A stretch of DNA of 61,841 nucleotides, filler included. It is 11 parts of 11 records of this genome, joined end to end, with 100 filler letters (N's around TTAATTAATTAA, not from the genome) between each part and the next. Parts side by side here need not be neighbours in the genome. Positions count along the whole stretch, not along the records: positions 20,836 to 26,800 come from SRR7504441_12745; positions 26,901 to 31,621 come from SRR7504441_12780; positions 31,722 to 35,606 come from SRR7504441_12796; 8 more parts are not named here. One strand, written 5' to 3'. The notes under the pieces were generated by a model, which searched no databases, was not told the origin of the DNA, and worked only from the letters and a program-made list of their open reading frames with translations. This document shows positions 22,068-34,700 of this stretch, in pieces. Numbering within the stretch: the first letter of the stretch is position 1; the number at the start of each line of letters is the position of its first letter. Position numbers and translations under genes: made by a program.

Positions 22068-23580
22068 CTAACACCCCGCTAGCATTGCTTCCATCTGTTG
22101 CTTCCCAAAGTCGCTCTTGGTTTGCTCCCACCCGACCGGTTTCTCGTCAACCCTGTTACCGTCTCCCGCATGCTGAGCCACAAAACGCCGGACTGCCTCG
22201 CAGTAGAGCTCCTGGTCGTACATCGGAATCATCATGTGGCCGGCGTGCTGCGAGCATGACACCACCTGCCGCCCGCTCCCCGGGCGCCTGTATTCAAGCA
22301 CCAGATCTGCACTCGGATGCCGCTCCCGCGTTTGATTTATGAACTCTTCTGTCAGCTCCGGCAGCACCAGCTTATCCGCCTTACTGTACAGGAACAGCCT
22401 CGCCACTCCGAGCGAGTGCCTCGCATCGCACTCAAAGGCTGCTCGCCTGGCACGCTAACTGTCAGTCGCCCACTCGCAGGCCCACCCGACTAGTCCTTTA
22501 GGTTTCCTCATCGCAGCCAGTGCCGGGTTATGCCCCTCCCGCGCCAGCGCCTCAAACTGCTGCTTGATCCGGTTCTCATTGGACCCGAGCCCTAGGTATC
22601 TATCTACTGTGTGCACCACTCCCTGCCACGGACTCTCAGACTCCCTCTGAGCAGCCTAGCCCCACCAGTGCATACACCGGCAGCGTGGCCACTCTGGACT
22701 CGTCCTCCAGCAGTGCCGGCGAGCAGTCAAACACCAGCCCCCGCAACACTGCTGCTAGCTCTGGCCACATCGCCCCATCCTCTCCCGTGCCCCAGCCGGC
22801 AGCAAGCTCCGTCCAGGCGTAGAACCCACTGTTAGAGCACAGATGTACCACCAGCCGCGGCGTTTCACCCAACGCACCGGCAAGCCTCGACCGAATTTGG
22901 TCCAGCGCGGCCCGCCGGAGCTTGGAGTGTGTCGGAGCCGTGCACGAAATCACCTGCCAATCAGATCAGAGCTGAATCGGCCAGCCAGCCGCCTCGCATC
23001 CGAGCGCTGCGTACAGCTTGGCTAGCGGATCGAGCATATCCACAGAGCTGCCGCCATAACCGAGCAGCAGCCCCACACAGCGGGCGGCGTCCGGCAGCCC
23101 CTGGACAGCGCGGTGCGCCACCGCCTCCTCGGCCGGCGGTCTCTGCCGGACCACAGCGCACGAAAGCGAGTTGCCGTACTGCAGCATCAGCGAGAAGGCG
23201 GCTGTGGCCACCGCCGGCTCCGTGCTCGGGTCTGCGGCGGTCTGGTGAAGCGCCGACAGTGTACACCTAAGCGCGGCGCCCACAGCCGCCTCGTCTTGCC
23301 CGCCGAGCAGCCGGGACAGCTGGTCGTCCAGACAGCCCACCGCCTCGGGCGAGACTAGCCAGTCCTCCAGCCCGTCCTCAACCAGCTCGGCTGCGCTGGA
23401 CGGCTCTCCGTCGGAGTCAAACCAGCGCCGCACCGCCCGGCTCGGCCAGTGCCCGGCCCTGCGGGCAGTCAATCAGCGACTGCCGAGCGGATGGGGGTGC
23501 CCGGCTGGCGCCTGCAGCCCGAACACCGAGTCGCTCTCCAGCTCGCGCACCAGCCCGCTGCTCGGCCCATCACAGGACAT
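22068..23580 (-). CDS. TMEM53: TMEM53/DUF829-family alpha/beta-hydrolase-fold protein, about 5 introns
   Basis: VGLLLGYGG, VVHLCSNSG, GLVFDCSPA, RLFLYSKADKLV and SQHAGH are spread across ORFs 22966..23472, 22636..22953 and 22068..22406, joined by ~39-53-nt introns. Confidence 0.75.
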
Positions 23581-23650
23581 ATGTCCAGCCTCGCCACCCG
23601 CTGCAGCGCAGCCTCCCCTACCTTGGAGCGTTTTGTCCGTTATTATGTGC

Positions 23651-25264
23651 ATGGAACGAAGGGGTTTGGCCGTACTTGCGGTGGTCGGGCTGGCAGCCGG
23701 GTCGAGCCTGGTGACGGTGGAGTGGGCTGGGCCGGTCCTGGCGAGTGGAAACATGATCCCGACCTACCTGGACCAGGTCAACCCGGGCACCATGGCCCGG
23801 ACTGCCCGGACCCACCCCGCCGTGTTCTCAAACATCCGTCAGCTGGCGGCCGACCGCGTGCGCTACCTGCACTGGGACCCGTTCGCGCTGAGCTACCCGC
23901 TGCCGCGGCCGCCGGCCGGCGGGGTCACCAGTTGGGACTTCTCGGGTATCGATCCGTACGTGGAGGATTTTATGGAAGCCTCGGCAGGGCACGACGCACT
24001 GATCAATTTCGCCCCGCTGTACACGTGGGCCAGCAACAGCACCGGGGTGATAGATCGGTCCGGGAGGGCGGCCGGTGAGTACTTTTCAAGGATCATATCC
24101 TGGTACACCTCGCGGGGGTTCGTGGACGAATTCGGTGTGAATCGTTCGAGCAACTACTCGTACGTCTGGAAGTACTGGGAGGTGCTCAACGAAGTGGACG
24201 CCGGCTCATCGGGCACCAAGTGCGTCTCGCTCAACAACAGCCTGGCCGCTGGTGACTGCGTCCGGCGGTACACGGAGCTATACGACGGGATAGTGACAGT
24301 GCTTCACCGGGATCACCCGCAGCTCGAGTTTACAGGGCTGGTGTTGGCCTTCCCCGACTGCGCGGGGGCCGAGCAGTGGTTCAGCCACTTCCTGAATGCT
24401 GATAACCATCGCTCGCCGGTGCGTGAGAGTCTGGGCACTTACTTACATGAGATCAGCTTCCATTTTTACGCTGCCAACCCGTACTTGGAGAAGCTGTCCC
24501 CAGATTGGCTCCCGCAGTCTTGGCGGACCATCGGTCAGAACCCAGCAGCCATATTCGTCCAGGCGGCCCAGTTTGTGGCGGCTGCGGGCAGGATAAGGCG
24601 GATAGTGGACAGGCAGGCCCCTGGGACTCGCATCTACGTGAATGAGATTGGGATTCTGGCGCCCGATCCAGCAGCTTTTATCCGACCTTTCGGAGCAGAT
24701 CGATGGTGGTGGAACCTGCAAGCAGCGCATTTTGCGTACGTATACGGCTCTCTGGCCGCGCTTGGGGTAGACGCCATGGCTGCCAGCCAGCTGACTGGGT
24801 ACCCTGGCAACGCTGCAGCGATTTCGATGTTGGACTGGAGCACCGGGCAAGGCACTGCCTGGTTCTGGGTTGTTAAAATGTTCATAGACACCTTTGGGAC
24901 CGGGCTCAAGGACGTGGTCGAGGCCCGTGTGGACGGCCAGGCGTCAAACCAGACTGTGAGAGCTCAGTACCCGGCGAATTGGACGTGCATTCACGCGCCA
25001 CTGGTTGCAAAGCAGACTGCTGAGGCCTTGGTGGATCCGTTGTATGCACAAGCCTTCGTACGAGATGGCTCCAGGCTCGTGCTGCTTGCGAACACCCGGA
25101 ATTCTGCGATCAATGTGACGATCGCAGGAGCCGACGCGGGTTCATGGGTCCGAGCCGTCGATTCGCAAGCCGGGTTTGGTGATCGGCCGTACTCTCAAGC
25201 TGCAGTTGCCCCCGGTGGACTGCTCTCTCTGGGCGCTTTTGGGGTTGCTATCGTACGCATATGA
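23651..25264 (+). CDS. Secreted clan GH-A glycoside hydrolase (GH39-like)
   Basis: Signal peptide MERRGLAVLAVVGLAAG. Acid/base YWEVLNEVD, ISFHFY, nucleophile RIYVNEIG. Confidence 0.75.
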   Translation: MERRGLAVLAVVGLAAGSSLVTVEWAGPVLASGNMIPTYLDQVNPGTMARTARTHPAVFSNIRQLAADRVRYLHWDPFALSYPLPRPPAGGVTSWDFSGIDPYVEDFMEASAGHDALINFAPLYTWASNSTGVIDRSGRAAGEYFSRIISWYTSRGFVDEFGVNRSSNYSYVWKYWEVLNEVDAGSSGTKCVSLNNSLAAGDCVRRYTELYDGIVTVLHRDHPQLEFTGLVLAFPDCAGAEQWFSHFLNADNHRSPVRESLGTYLHEISFHFYAANPYLEKLSPDWLPQSWRTIGQNPAAIFVQAAQFVAAAGRIRRIVDRQAPGTRIYVNEIGILAPDPAAFIRPFGADRWWWNLQAAHFAYVYGSLAALGVDAMAASQLTGYPGNAAAISMLDWSTGQGTAWFWVVKMFIDTFGTGLKDVVEARVDGQASNQTVRAQYPANWTCIHAPLVAKQTAEALVDPLYAQAFVRDGSRLVLLANTRNSAINVTIAGADAGSWVRAVDSQAGFGDRPYSQAAVAPGGLLSLGAFGVAIVRI

Positions 25265-25332
25265 TCTACAGTGCTAATAAAGCTACAATACAATGCAATT
25301 ATGCCAAAGATTTAATATTGATCAGTCTAAGA

Positions 25333-26709
25333 TTACTCCGGTACGAGCGCCAAGTCTAAGACCTCTATCTTGGCGCCTCCAGCCTTCTGCAGAGCACGTG
25401 CCAGAGCGGCTCCGCCAACTCCGACCACCGGACTCAGAAACCCGGTGTGCTCAAGCCCGCCCTCGGGCAGCCGCTTGGCGAGCAGTCCGGCCACGGCGCA
25501 GGCGGATATCATGGTAAACCCGATCCCAGCGTCGTAATGACTGGACAGACTCACACGGACAGATCTGCCATCAGTTGCGTCGCCATATCCAGTGACTGTG
25601 AATCCTCCTGTCTTCTGGAAACCGTCCAACAGCTGACTCTTGAGTCGCCTGCGCGCCGGCTGATTGGCCCAGCTGACCAGCCAGACCAGCCATCCGAACA
25701 ACCCGACGCAGGCCAGCCAGGACACGAACGCCATGACAGCATACTGCACAGCAGTCGGCACAAGGCCATAGAGGCTCCACTTAGTGTACTCCCGACTGAA
25801 CGCGATCCGCTCGCGGTAGCGGACTTGGCTGTATCCGAGCTCGGTGGCGCTCTTGCGCACAACTTTGCAGTTGATCACATCCATCACGCAGTTGCCTGTG
25901 AACCCAACCCTGTGCGAGTAGGCCGGAAGCTGGTTCCAAACCAAGTCCGACAGCGCCCTATCGCGCGCCGCCGGGCTCAGCAGCCCGGCGCCAAACACTT
26001 CGGTGTCCTTCCCGAGTATGCCGCACGAGAGCCTGTAGATCGCCTTGCTCCGAAGGGCGCTCACAAGCCCCGCCGCAGTGAGCAGCGTGCCAGTGGGCGC
26101 CGCCCCGCCGCCCTCCCCGCGGACAAACGCCTCCATCCGGGCCAACTTGCCCTCCCGGCCGCCCCGATTCAGGCTGTCGGCGGCCAGGAAGGTGAGCAGG
26201 TCCGCCGGAACCGAATCGAACCCGGCACACGAGACTAGCCGGACGCCCTTGGCCTCGGCTTCCTGCCCGTACTTGCGGGCCATCAGGTCGACCCAGGGCC
26301 CCTCCCCGGTGATATCGCAGTAGTCGGTCTGGGCCTCGATGCACGCCCGTACCACCCCTTCGCCGTACTGCGCGAAGGGACCGGCCGCCGCCAGCACCAC
26401 CTTGGCCTTGCGGGCCATAGCCAGCAGCGAGCTCGGGTCGGAGGCGTCGGCCTGGATCGGCGGGGCCATGGCCAGCCCGCCGGGCCCGGGCGGGGGCAGC
26501 TGGTCCACGATCTGACTCTGGAGCTTGGCCAGGCTCCGACAGGCGGCTGTCCAGCTCTTGACCCCGACGCTGCCCGCCTTGAAGTGCAGGAAGCAGGTGG
26601 CCGCAGTCCCTGTGTCACCCGTGGCCCCGAAGACCACAACGTCCAGCGGTCGCTTCTCGCGCTCCGAGGCCCGGAGCCGGGCAGTCCTGCCCGCCAGGTC
26701 GAAGTCCAT
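25333..26709 (-). CDS. SCCPDH: Saccharopine dehydrogenase-like oxidoreductase
   Basis: VVFGATGDTG, AAGPFAQYGEGVVRAC, YCDITGE and GFDSVPADL, with a hydrophobic segment near the C-terminus. Confidence 0.88.
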   Translation of the reverse strand: MDFDLAGRTARLRASEREKRPLDVVVFGATGDTGTAATCFLHFKAGSVGVKSWTAACRSLAKLQSQIVDQLPPPGPGGLAMAPPIQADASDPSSLLAMARKAKVVLAAAGPFAQYGEGVVRACIEAQTDYCDITGEGPWVDLMARKYGQEAEAKGVRLVSCAGFDSVPADLLTFLAADSLNRGGREGKLARMEAFVRGEGGGAAPTGTLLTAAGLVSALRSKAIYRLSCGILGKDTEVFGAGLLSPAARDRALSDLVWNQLPAYSHRVGFTGNCVMDVINCKVVRKSATELGYSQVRYRERIAFSREYTKWSLYGLVPTAVQYAVMAFVSWLACVGLFGWLVWLVSWANQPARRRLKSQLLDGFQKTGGFTVTGYGDATDGRSVRVSLSSHYDAGIGFTMISACAVAGLLAKRLPEGGLEHTGFLSPVVGVGGAALARALQKAGGAKIEVLDLALVPE

Positions 26710-26900
26710 CGGGTGCCGATGTCGTTGTTTGATAGGAGCTCGAGTGCGGTGCCCGCCACTGGGTGAGCTCGTGAGCTTGGGTTGGGGCGTTGGCCGACTC
26801 NNNNNNNNNNNNNNNNNNNNNNNNNNNNNNNNNNNNNNNNNNNNTTAATTAATTAANNNNNNNNNNNNNNNNNNNNNNNNNNNNNNNNNNNNNNNNNNNN

Positions 26901-29900
26901 CCAGAGTAACCGTACGGAACCGGCCGAGATTGTGAAGCCAGCCGTACTGACTCCAGAGAGGTGCGATTGGCCACGCTCATGCGCTTACTGATGCGCGATG
27001 TGTGCAGGCTGGAAGGTCTAAAGATTGAATTGGCCAGTGGCTTGTTTCCGGTTTTGCTCCAGGTGTTTCCCAATCTCCCGTCGAATTCTGCCCGACGTAT
27101 TTTGGTGATCATGGCACAGCTCCTGCAGAATGGGCCATCGCAAATGCTTGCGGCTGCGCCTGAAGGGCTGCACACTGCACTCATAGAGCTGATTGAATCA
27201 CTGTTTTCTACGGACTCGCTGGCGACAGCACTGCTGTGTCTGAGGATTGTTCAAGCTGTACTCAAGCTAGCAGCTCACTTGACGCCAGAGCTACAGAGGT
27301 ATGGGGTGGCGACGATGGTGCAGAAGCTGACAGAAGCCAAGCATATCAAACAGCGTGGACTCAAATCAGAGTCCGGCAACACACAAGTGAGTGATGTTAC
27401 TCAGCTGGCGCTCGTGGTGCGTACTCAGATGCATAAATTGGCCAAGACGTTTTCGATGCCCCCTTCTACAGAGATCCAGAGTATCTGTAATCACCTGATG
27501 GATGGCAATAAAGCTGCCCTGCCAAGCATGCTTCAGCTGCTCAGTAGAGATGGAGCCGTGACAGCCTTCGAGCTGACAGAGAACGAATTCGCTGAAGCCT
27601 TCATCCAGTTCTGTGACGCGCAAGGCGATAGGCAGGTTCGACAAGTCCTGCTCAAGACCTTCAGCACCAAGCAGAGCACGGTGAGTTGATCCGAGAGTCT
27701 GTGGCTGGGCGCCTGACTTGGGTGGGGCCAGGGCAAACGAGTACCTGTGCCGCAGCTCCAAGTGCTGATTGCCCTGCTGCACCGGATCATTTCAGCTAAT
27801 CAACAGGTGCCAGTGTTTGTGCACGGCAGCCACAGCAATCCAATGGGTCTGCGACCGCTGACGGATCCTCTCAAGCTGCAGATTAGACTTTCAGCGGAAG
27901 CCCCAGCCCCTGCTGAGCCTGAAATCGAGCCTGCCAAGCCAGAGGCGATGGTGGATGACGGCGAAGAACCAGAGAGTTCAAATGACGGCCCGGAGCAGCT
28001 CAGTGGGCCGGATGCTGCGCTGGCTGAGTTGCTGAACGACGAGCCAGCACTGCCATCCAGCAACCTGGACCCGTTCGCTGCTGCCGTGGCAGCTGCAGTG
28101 CGAGCAGTCTCGAATAACCGCGGTGAAGGTGGGCCGTCTGCAGTAAGCCTTCTTGGGCGTGGCAGAGGGAGACCGCAAGAACCGCCTCGGGAGAAAGTTG
28201 GAGAGATACAGGTGCGAATGGAGCCCCTCTGCCGGCTGCAGCAGCTGGAGCGACACGTGCTGCGTACCTGCACTGTCACGCACAAGGCGTTCCTTGAATT
28301 CTGCCGTAATCTGGTCGGGGCAGTGATCCTTGAACGACCATTGCCCGAGGCATTGCACCAAAAGAAAGGGCTGTACAGGAGAGCGCTGGTGCTCGAATTA
28401 AGGCTGGCTACACCAGCTCAGCTGGTAGTACACAGACTGCGGTACGAGAATGGCGAGGAGGTGGAGATTGTACTTGCAGTGCGCGACTATGTCATAACTG
28501 AGAGAACCACTCCATCCGTCGAGGGGCCAAGCCACAAAGACTTTGCGCCAAAAGAATCCCAAGCAGATGCACAGCTGAACAACCCTGAAGCACGCATCCA
28601 CGTGGTCTCAATCACATGCCCAGAGGGATTCCCAGTTAAAATGTTTCTCGAGTCTGTCAAGCCTGCTGTCAAGCGTGCGCTTTCACAGCCTGAGCCGGGA
28701 AAGGTGCCTTGCATTCTACTCGTGTAGATCAGTAACGAGATGCTTGTTTTGCAGGCACCATTCAATCGGCCTCCAGGGGCTCAGTACCAGTGGCCTGACC
28801 GCGGCTGGCAGCGCGAGTCTGAGTTTAGCGTCACACTGGAGGAGTCCCTTTTGACAGCTGGCTCTGGCCCGGTGGCGCGCGGGCAGACGCTTCTGGAGGC
28901 TGAAGTCCTGCTTAATCGTCTGGAATCAATTGTAGTCGCAACAGTCTCCGTGGATCCTTCTTTTGTTATGACGCAGCGCAATTTATCGGATCCGAGGAGC
29001 TCGTCCCATTACACTATCTGCAAGGGAATGCGTGTGCACGGGGTGCTCAGTTCTAAGCCGTCTGAGTGGTTCCCGGCAACTGTGGTGTGCTCGAAGCCTG
29101 ACAGTTATGGCTTGGTCTACGATGATGGGACTTTCGAAGAGAACATCCCCACGTCGCGGGTCAGGATGCTCCGGCACCGCATGCATCAACCAGAAGACCC
29201 TTCCGCGTTCCAGGACTTTCTGCAGCGGCACCTTAGCATGGGCGCGAGCCATGGGGCACTAGGCTCCGCAGCAGGACAGCTGCAGTGTCAGTATGCTGCG
29301 TTTGAGACTGGATCTGTAAACCGGACAGGGCACATAGATTTGGCTGAAGCAGTGGTGGAAACTCCAGGGAGCTGTTCAGCAGAAGTCGACACGACAGGAT
29401 ATGAAAGACCACCCCAACTACGAGTTCAATTCAGCAGCCTCCCTGACAAATCGCCAGTCTCTCAGCGATCTTGCCAGATTAGCATGTATGATGCTCTGCA
29501 GCGGCTGCACGACACAAATGATCCTCATGCGCGCCCGCAGGCCTTCATGCACCGTGCACGCACCCATCAGTTGGAATACAAAATTGCGGTAGTAGAGGAG
29601 CAGCACGAAGATGAGGTCAAGCAGGACCAGGTGATTGATATTAAGAGCTTACCCACTGCACAGGCTGAGGCCCAGCTTTCCCTGTGCTTGCAGACCCAGC
29701 GAGTCATCCGAGTGTTGCACTACTTGCACTCAGTGTTTGGCGATATGAGTGGGTTCAGTGAAATTAAATGGGCGAACTTGAGCCTCACTGAGAAGCTGGA
29801 GCAGCAGATGGAAGACTCGCTCACGATCGTGTCTGAAGCTGCACCAAAATGGTTCTATGTGCTGCCAAGAATGTGTCCTTTCATGTTTGGGCTCCTATCC

Positions 29901-31322
29901 CGCCAAACTCAGCTGCTGAGTACGGGGTTTGGACTGTCACATGCGGTCAATTGGGTGCAGACTCGGGCTGCACAGGCCAGGCGTAACCGGTTTTCTGCAC
30001 ATAGGGTGGCCGCAGAACGTACTGCAGCAGAGGCTGCCGAGAACGAGGACATGGAGCAGATGGCGGAAGCGGCAGAGCGGTTGGCAGAAGTAGAGGATGA
30101 GGTCGACCGGGATAGAATTGGACAGCTCAAGAGCGACATCGTGAAGTTGTCTCGAAGCAACATTTTGGAAGCAGCAGAGAAGCTGATGGCAGTCCATGCA
30201 TCTTCGGAGGCCGTGCTTGAAGTGCAGTTTCAAGGTGAGGATGGCTTCGGCTCCGGCGTCACACAGAATTTTTATTGCACAGTCGCTGTGGTGCTGCAGG
30301 AAAGGTCTGAGAATCATGCAGTTCCAATGTGGGTGTCTGATTGTGCCAAGACTGACGGCTACTTGAACTGCGTCTCGGGTCTGTATCCCATGCCATTCTG
30401 TCAGGACGACACAAGTGCAGTGTTTCGAGATGTATGCAAACGCTATCGATTCCTGGGGCGGTTGATGGCCAAGGCTCTACGTGATGGCTTCATCGTCCCT
30501 ATTCCAGTTTCAAAGTATTTTCTGGCAATGGCCTTTGGGCAGAAGCCATCTTACAGCTGGTTGCCCGACAAGGCGGCAACTGGAGGGGTGCTTTCAGCAT
30601 ATGCTGCAGTGGTTGCGGATGCGGTGCAGATGGGAGAGAGCTCCGACGTCATTGGCGATTGGGAGTTCACTCGACAATACCTCGGGCAGGACATTGAGAT
30701 GAGTCTGAAGGACTACCTATCTGCTGGGGGCGCCTGCTGGGTGGATCCTGTGACAGACATAGCGCTTGTCCCAGATGGACAAGACCGAGAGCTTTTGCCG
30801 AGCGCCCTACCCGACTTTGTGGCCCAGATTATGAAGTGGTGGTTCCAGAAAGGAGTCGCAAAGCAGCTCGAGGCGTTCAACCAAGGGTTCCAGCAGGTGG
30901 TGAGCATCGAAAAGCTCGCGCCGTTCTCGTCGAGCGAGATGCTAGCCATGCTGTGTGGGAACAACTCAGTCGACTGGGACGCGAATTCGTTAAACCAGAA
31001 CCTGCGGCCCACGGCCAATATGACCACCACTTCGCCAGTGTTTCAGCTGCTGGTCGAATACCTGCTCCAGTTGGAGAATGCTGAGAGGGCTGCATTCCTC
31101 AATTTTGTGACAGCCTGCCCGCGGCTGCCCCCAGGGGGGGTGGCGGCCTTAAAGATCGAGGTAGGGCCGTCCAGCTCGCAGAGCAAGATTCCCACCTCCC
31201 AGACCTGTGTACCGAAGTTGTATCTGCCAAACTATGAGACGATAGCCGACTTCCACAAAGGCTTCGTGACAGCATTCTCGAATGCGGAAGCTGGGGGCTT
31301 CCATGAGCATCTAGGCAATTGA
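26901..31322 (+). CDS. HECT E3 ligase, TRIP12/Ufd4/UPL3-like, with a Tudor-like insertion; probably 5' partial
   Basis: Three ORFs join in frame via 51-nt GT-AG introns 27681-27731 and 28704-28754. VTAFEL, LEVQFQGEDGFGSGVTQNFY, FLNFVTACPRLPPGG, catalytic PTSQTCVPKLYLPNY. Confidence 0.9.
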
Positions 31323-31721
31323 GACGCTTAGAATTAACTAGGGACTAGGAGTTCTGACTCAGCTCGGTACCACGGTTTTTATCTCACACTAGATCTAGCT
31401 AGCATATGCATGCATTCATTTGTTACATGTACGCGCATTCTTCATTACTACTAGTTTGTAGAGCGCGCCGATGGCGCGCACGTATTTGGTAGGGTTTAGG
31501 AATGTTGCTATATGATTGTTATTCGAATTAAGATCGATTTTAAATGTCAACGTAGAAACATCGAAGATCTTTCCGTTGGCCATGGAGCCGACCGGTGTGG
31601 ACAGAGTCAAGGAGCTGCCGCNNNNNNNNNNNNNNNNNNNNNNNNNNNNNNNNNNNNNNNNNNNNTTAATTAATTAANNNNNNNNNNNNNNNNNNNNNNN
31701 NNNNNNNNNNNNNNNNNNNNN

Positions 31722-34700
31722 TGTCTGCAACCCTCGAGATAGCTCGCCACTTACGAGCTCTGCAAGACTCGGCCACAGCGAACGCATGGAAACTTGAAAC
31801 ATAGGAGACAACAACACCTCAAAGACAAAGTACTCAATCAGCTGCGGTGCACAGCCAGCATTGCGCTGTCTTTCGCGAATCTGGTCAAGCTCCTCTTTTC
31901 GCTTCTCGAAGACCTTAGTCGCATTCTTAAACTGACTCCTAGACGACTGCAGGGCTTGTCGAGCTCTAGCCTTGCCTTTGTCATTTGCATTCCTGTTGGC
32001 TACCCTCATATCCTGCTCACGATTGATTACCTCCTGCTCGTACTCATGTAGCCTCAGTGACAATTGCTTCAGATCAGAATCATACTTCTTCCTGCTTGTA
32101 TCAAGGCGTTCCAGCCGCATCGCGCAGGTATATAATTCCATCAAGCTCTGATGCGAAAGGGGCGGCTGACATGCTCGCGCTAAGGCAGCAAGGATCTCTT
32201 TCCCCATGCTTCCTAGAGCTACGTCCTGCCACTGAGGAGCAACGCGTGCAGCCATTCCCAGTCCAGCTACGCATGTCAACGTACACCAGTCCTGACAAAG
32301 CGCATCGACGCTCCAGCCACCCCAAAGGCACCGTTCTTCTCTCAGCGACTTGTCTGAGCTGGGTTTTAAAGTCCCAGCAACTACCACACGTTGATCAGTG
32401 CAGAGGCGGGCATCTTCAAGCCCGACTTCCAAGTGCTCTTCCATCATTCGTGCATTCTTGGCATGCATGTCTGGTTTCAGGTGGTCGATATTGGCCAGAT
32501 GAGTCCCCAGGGCAACACTCGAGTCAGTAACTAGACTCGCCATTTCCCGCCAGGACTCAAGCTCCTGTTCACAGCGGCAGATACCATCTGGACCATCAAA
32601 TCCAAACGAGCACCAGATCGAATCGAGCCACGCACGCAACCAGCACACTTCGTACTCGGACGAATCTACACCTTTGCTTAAATCAGCTGGATCGAAATGC
32701 CGCGACGGACTCATTAAAACGCCATAATCCTCCATTGCTTCTAGGACTCGAGCCACAAGAGAATGCCGCCCCTTCGAGAGATGGACAGAGACGAGCGCTA
32801 ATGCCGTCTCGAAAGTTTCACTCTGCTGGTGAGCTAAATAGTGCACGGTGATCGGGGAGAGCAGACTGAGGGGAGCACAGTTGCATAGAAACTGCATGAT
32901 GATCGAGCAACAGCGGACCCGCAGTTCAAGCGAAATGTTGGGGAATGGTGAGCCGTGTGAGGCCCAATAGTCATACAGGTACTCTTTCCCACCATGTATA
33001 CACATCTCTTCCATGATTTCGCTTCCCAGGACGGAGGCGCAGACTGACTCAACATGCGCAACTGTTACAGCTTCGTTTTCGGCTTCGAAAATCCCATCGA
33101 TCACAGGAAACAATCGAGCTGCGAATGGAAAGTGGCCCGGAGCCGGACCTTGCGAGTGAATGCTGGTGTTTGGCGCCAGTTGAGGCTTTGTTGGCAAGCC
33201 TTTCGCCGGATTCGATATACGGCACAGTGGGTGACGAGCAAGCAGGTGCCACAGCGTTTGCCATTTTGGCGACAATGCCAGGTCAATCCCGAAGTCAGTG
33301 TCGTAAAAGCAAAGACAAAATGCGAGAGTAGAAGCAACAAGCAATCCCAGTTCACTGAAGAGACGCTGCCTGAGCGTTCCAGAAGCCGACTCTAGGGCTC
33401 TGGAGACATGATAGAGAGTGCCATATTCATCCACGTTGTTAAATGCTACCAGAGCGAGCTGCTTAGCAGAGGTTAACAGCAAAGCGGACACGGCTTCATT
33501 CGCCTGAACGGCCTGCTTGATCCGTGCAGACCGTTCGCGCATTTGATCCGGATCGGCTTGAGGTTGCAGGCACATGCGCATAGCTCCTGGCAGGCGTTGG
33601 CGGGCCATTGTCTCGAAGTCAAGTGTACCTGCCTCAATCAAGCTCCCAAGACTACCGTAAAGCATGCCTTTCGTGCTCGGCATATCAGGCCTGTTAGAGC
33701 AATCGTCACAGAACATGGCATGCCACGGTGGCTGAAAGTCAAGTGGTGGCTCATGTACTGCTTTGCCGTGGCGGATTCGAGGGGGCAAATGATGAATGAG
33801 TATGATGGTTCCGTGAGGAGATGGACACTGATGACGCACACAGATATGCCGAGCATGTATCAACATCGCTTCAGAGCATAATCTCGGGTCGTACTGTAGG
33901 ATGAACGCTTTATCGTGTACAGGCTCTGAGGCATATGCCTCCAAGGCAGCGACAAGCTCATCAGAAGAGCAGAGCTCGTCGAGTCTCAAGATTTGGTAAA
34001 CCAGAGACGACAAATCTTCTCGCTGACGACTCAACTGTTCGCGCTCTGACTGTGTTGTTAGCAGTACGAGCGCTTTTGATCTGGCCAGGCAATAATGCGC
34101 CACAGCATCGAGAGAGTGCCTTGCTTCAAACCATGCAGACACAGAGCTGTTCAGCTCGCAATGAGAAGTAAGCGCTGGCGAGCGAATGAGTGTATGAGGA
34201 AAGGCAACATCCAGCAGGCTAGTCTTGGCTGCATTCAGGAGATCGCCAGGCGCACTCCCTGAATGCAATTGCGCGAGGTTCCACACGAGAGCTGCCGCGG
34301 AATGGTCAGTCCAGCTACAGAAGGCCCGATCAACGGAGCAGCCAGCCTCAGAAGCGACCTTGTTAGCCCACCGGTCGATTAACTGAGCGTCGTTAGCCTG
34401 TGCAGTGGTCAGTAAATTCTCTGGCAGTAAGAGCTGTTTTTCAAAGCGGTTGAGCAGCGGAAGGTCCATCAATTTTAACTTCTGGTTTTGCACCAAGACA
34501 ACTACCCGGAAGGTTTCTTTCACTGCGCAAAGCTGGCTACGAGCACCAATAGCTAACCGGAGCATCGACTTCCTTTCGCCGTCCTGTGTTGTGCGAGTAA
34601 TATACCGCTGGTTCAACACGTCGTAGAGGGCTTCATACACGGCGCTGTGATTCAGCAGGACCACCGTTCCACCTCGTGACATCGCCCTCTTCACTGCATT

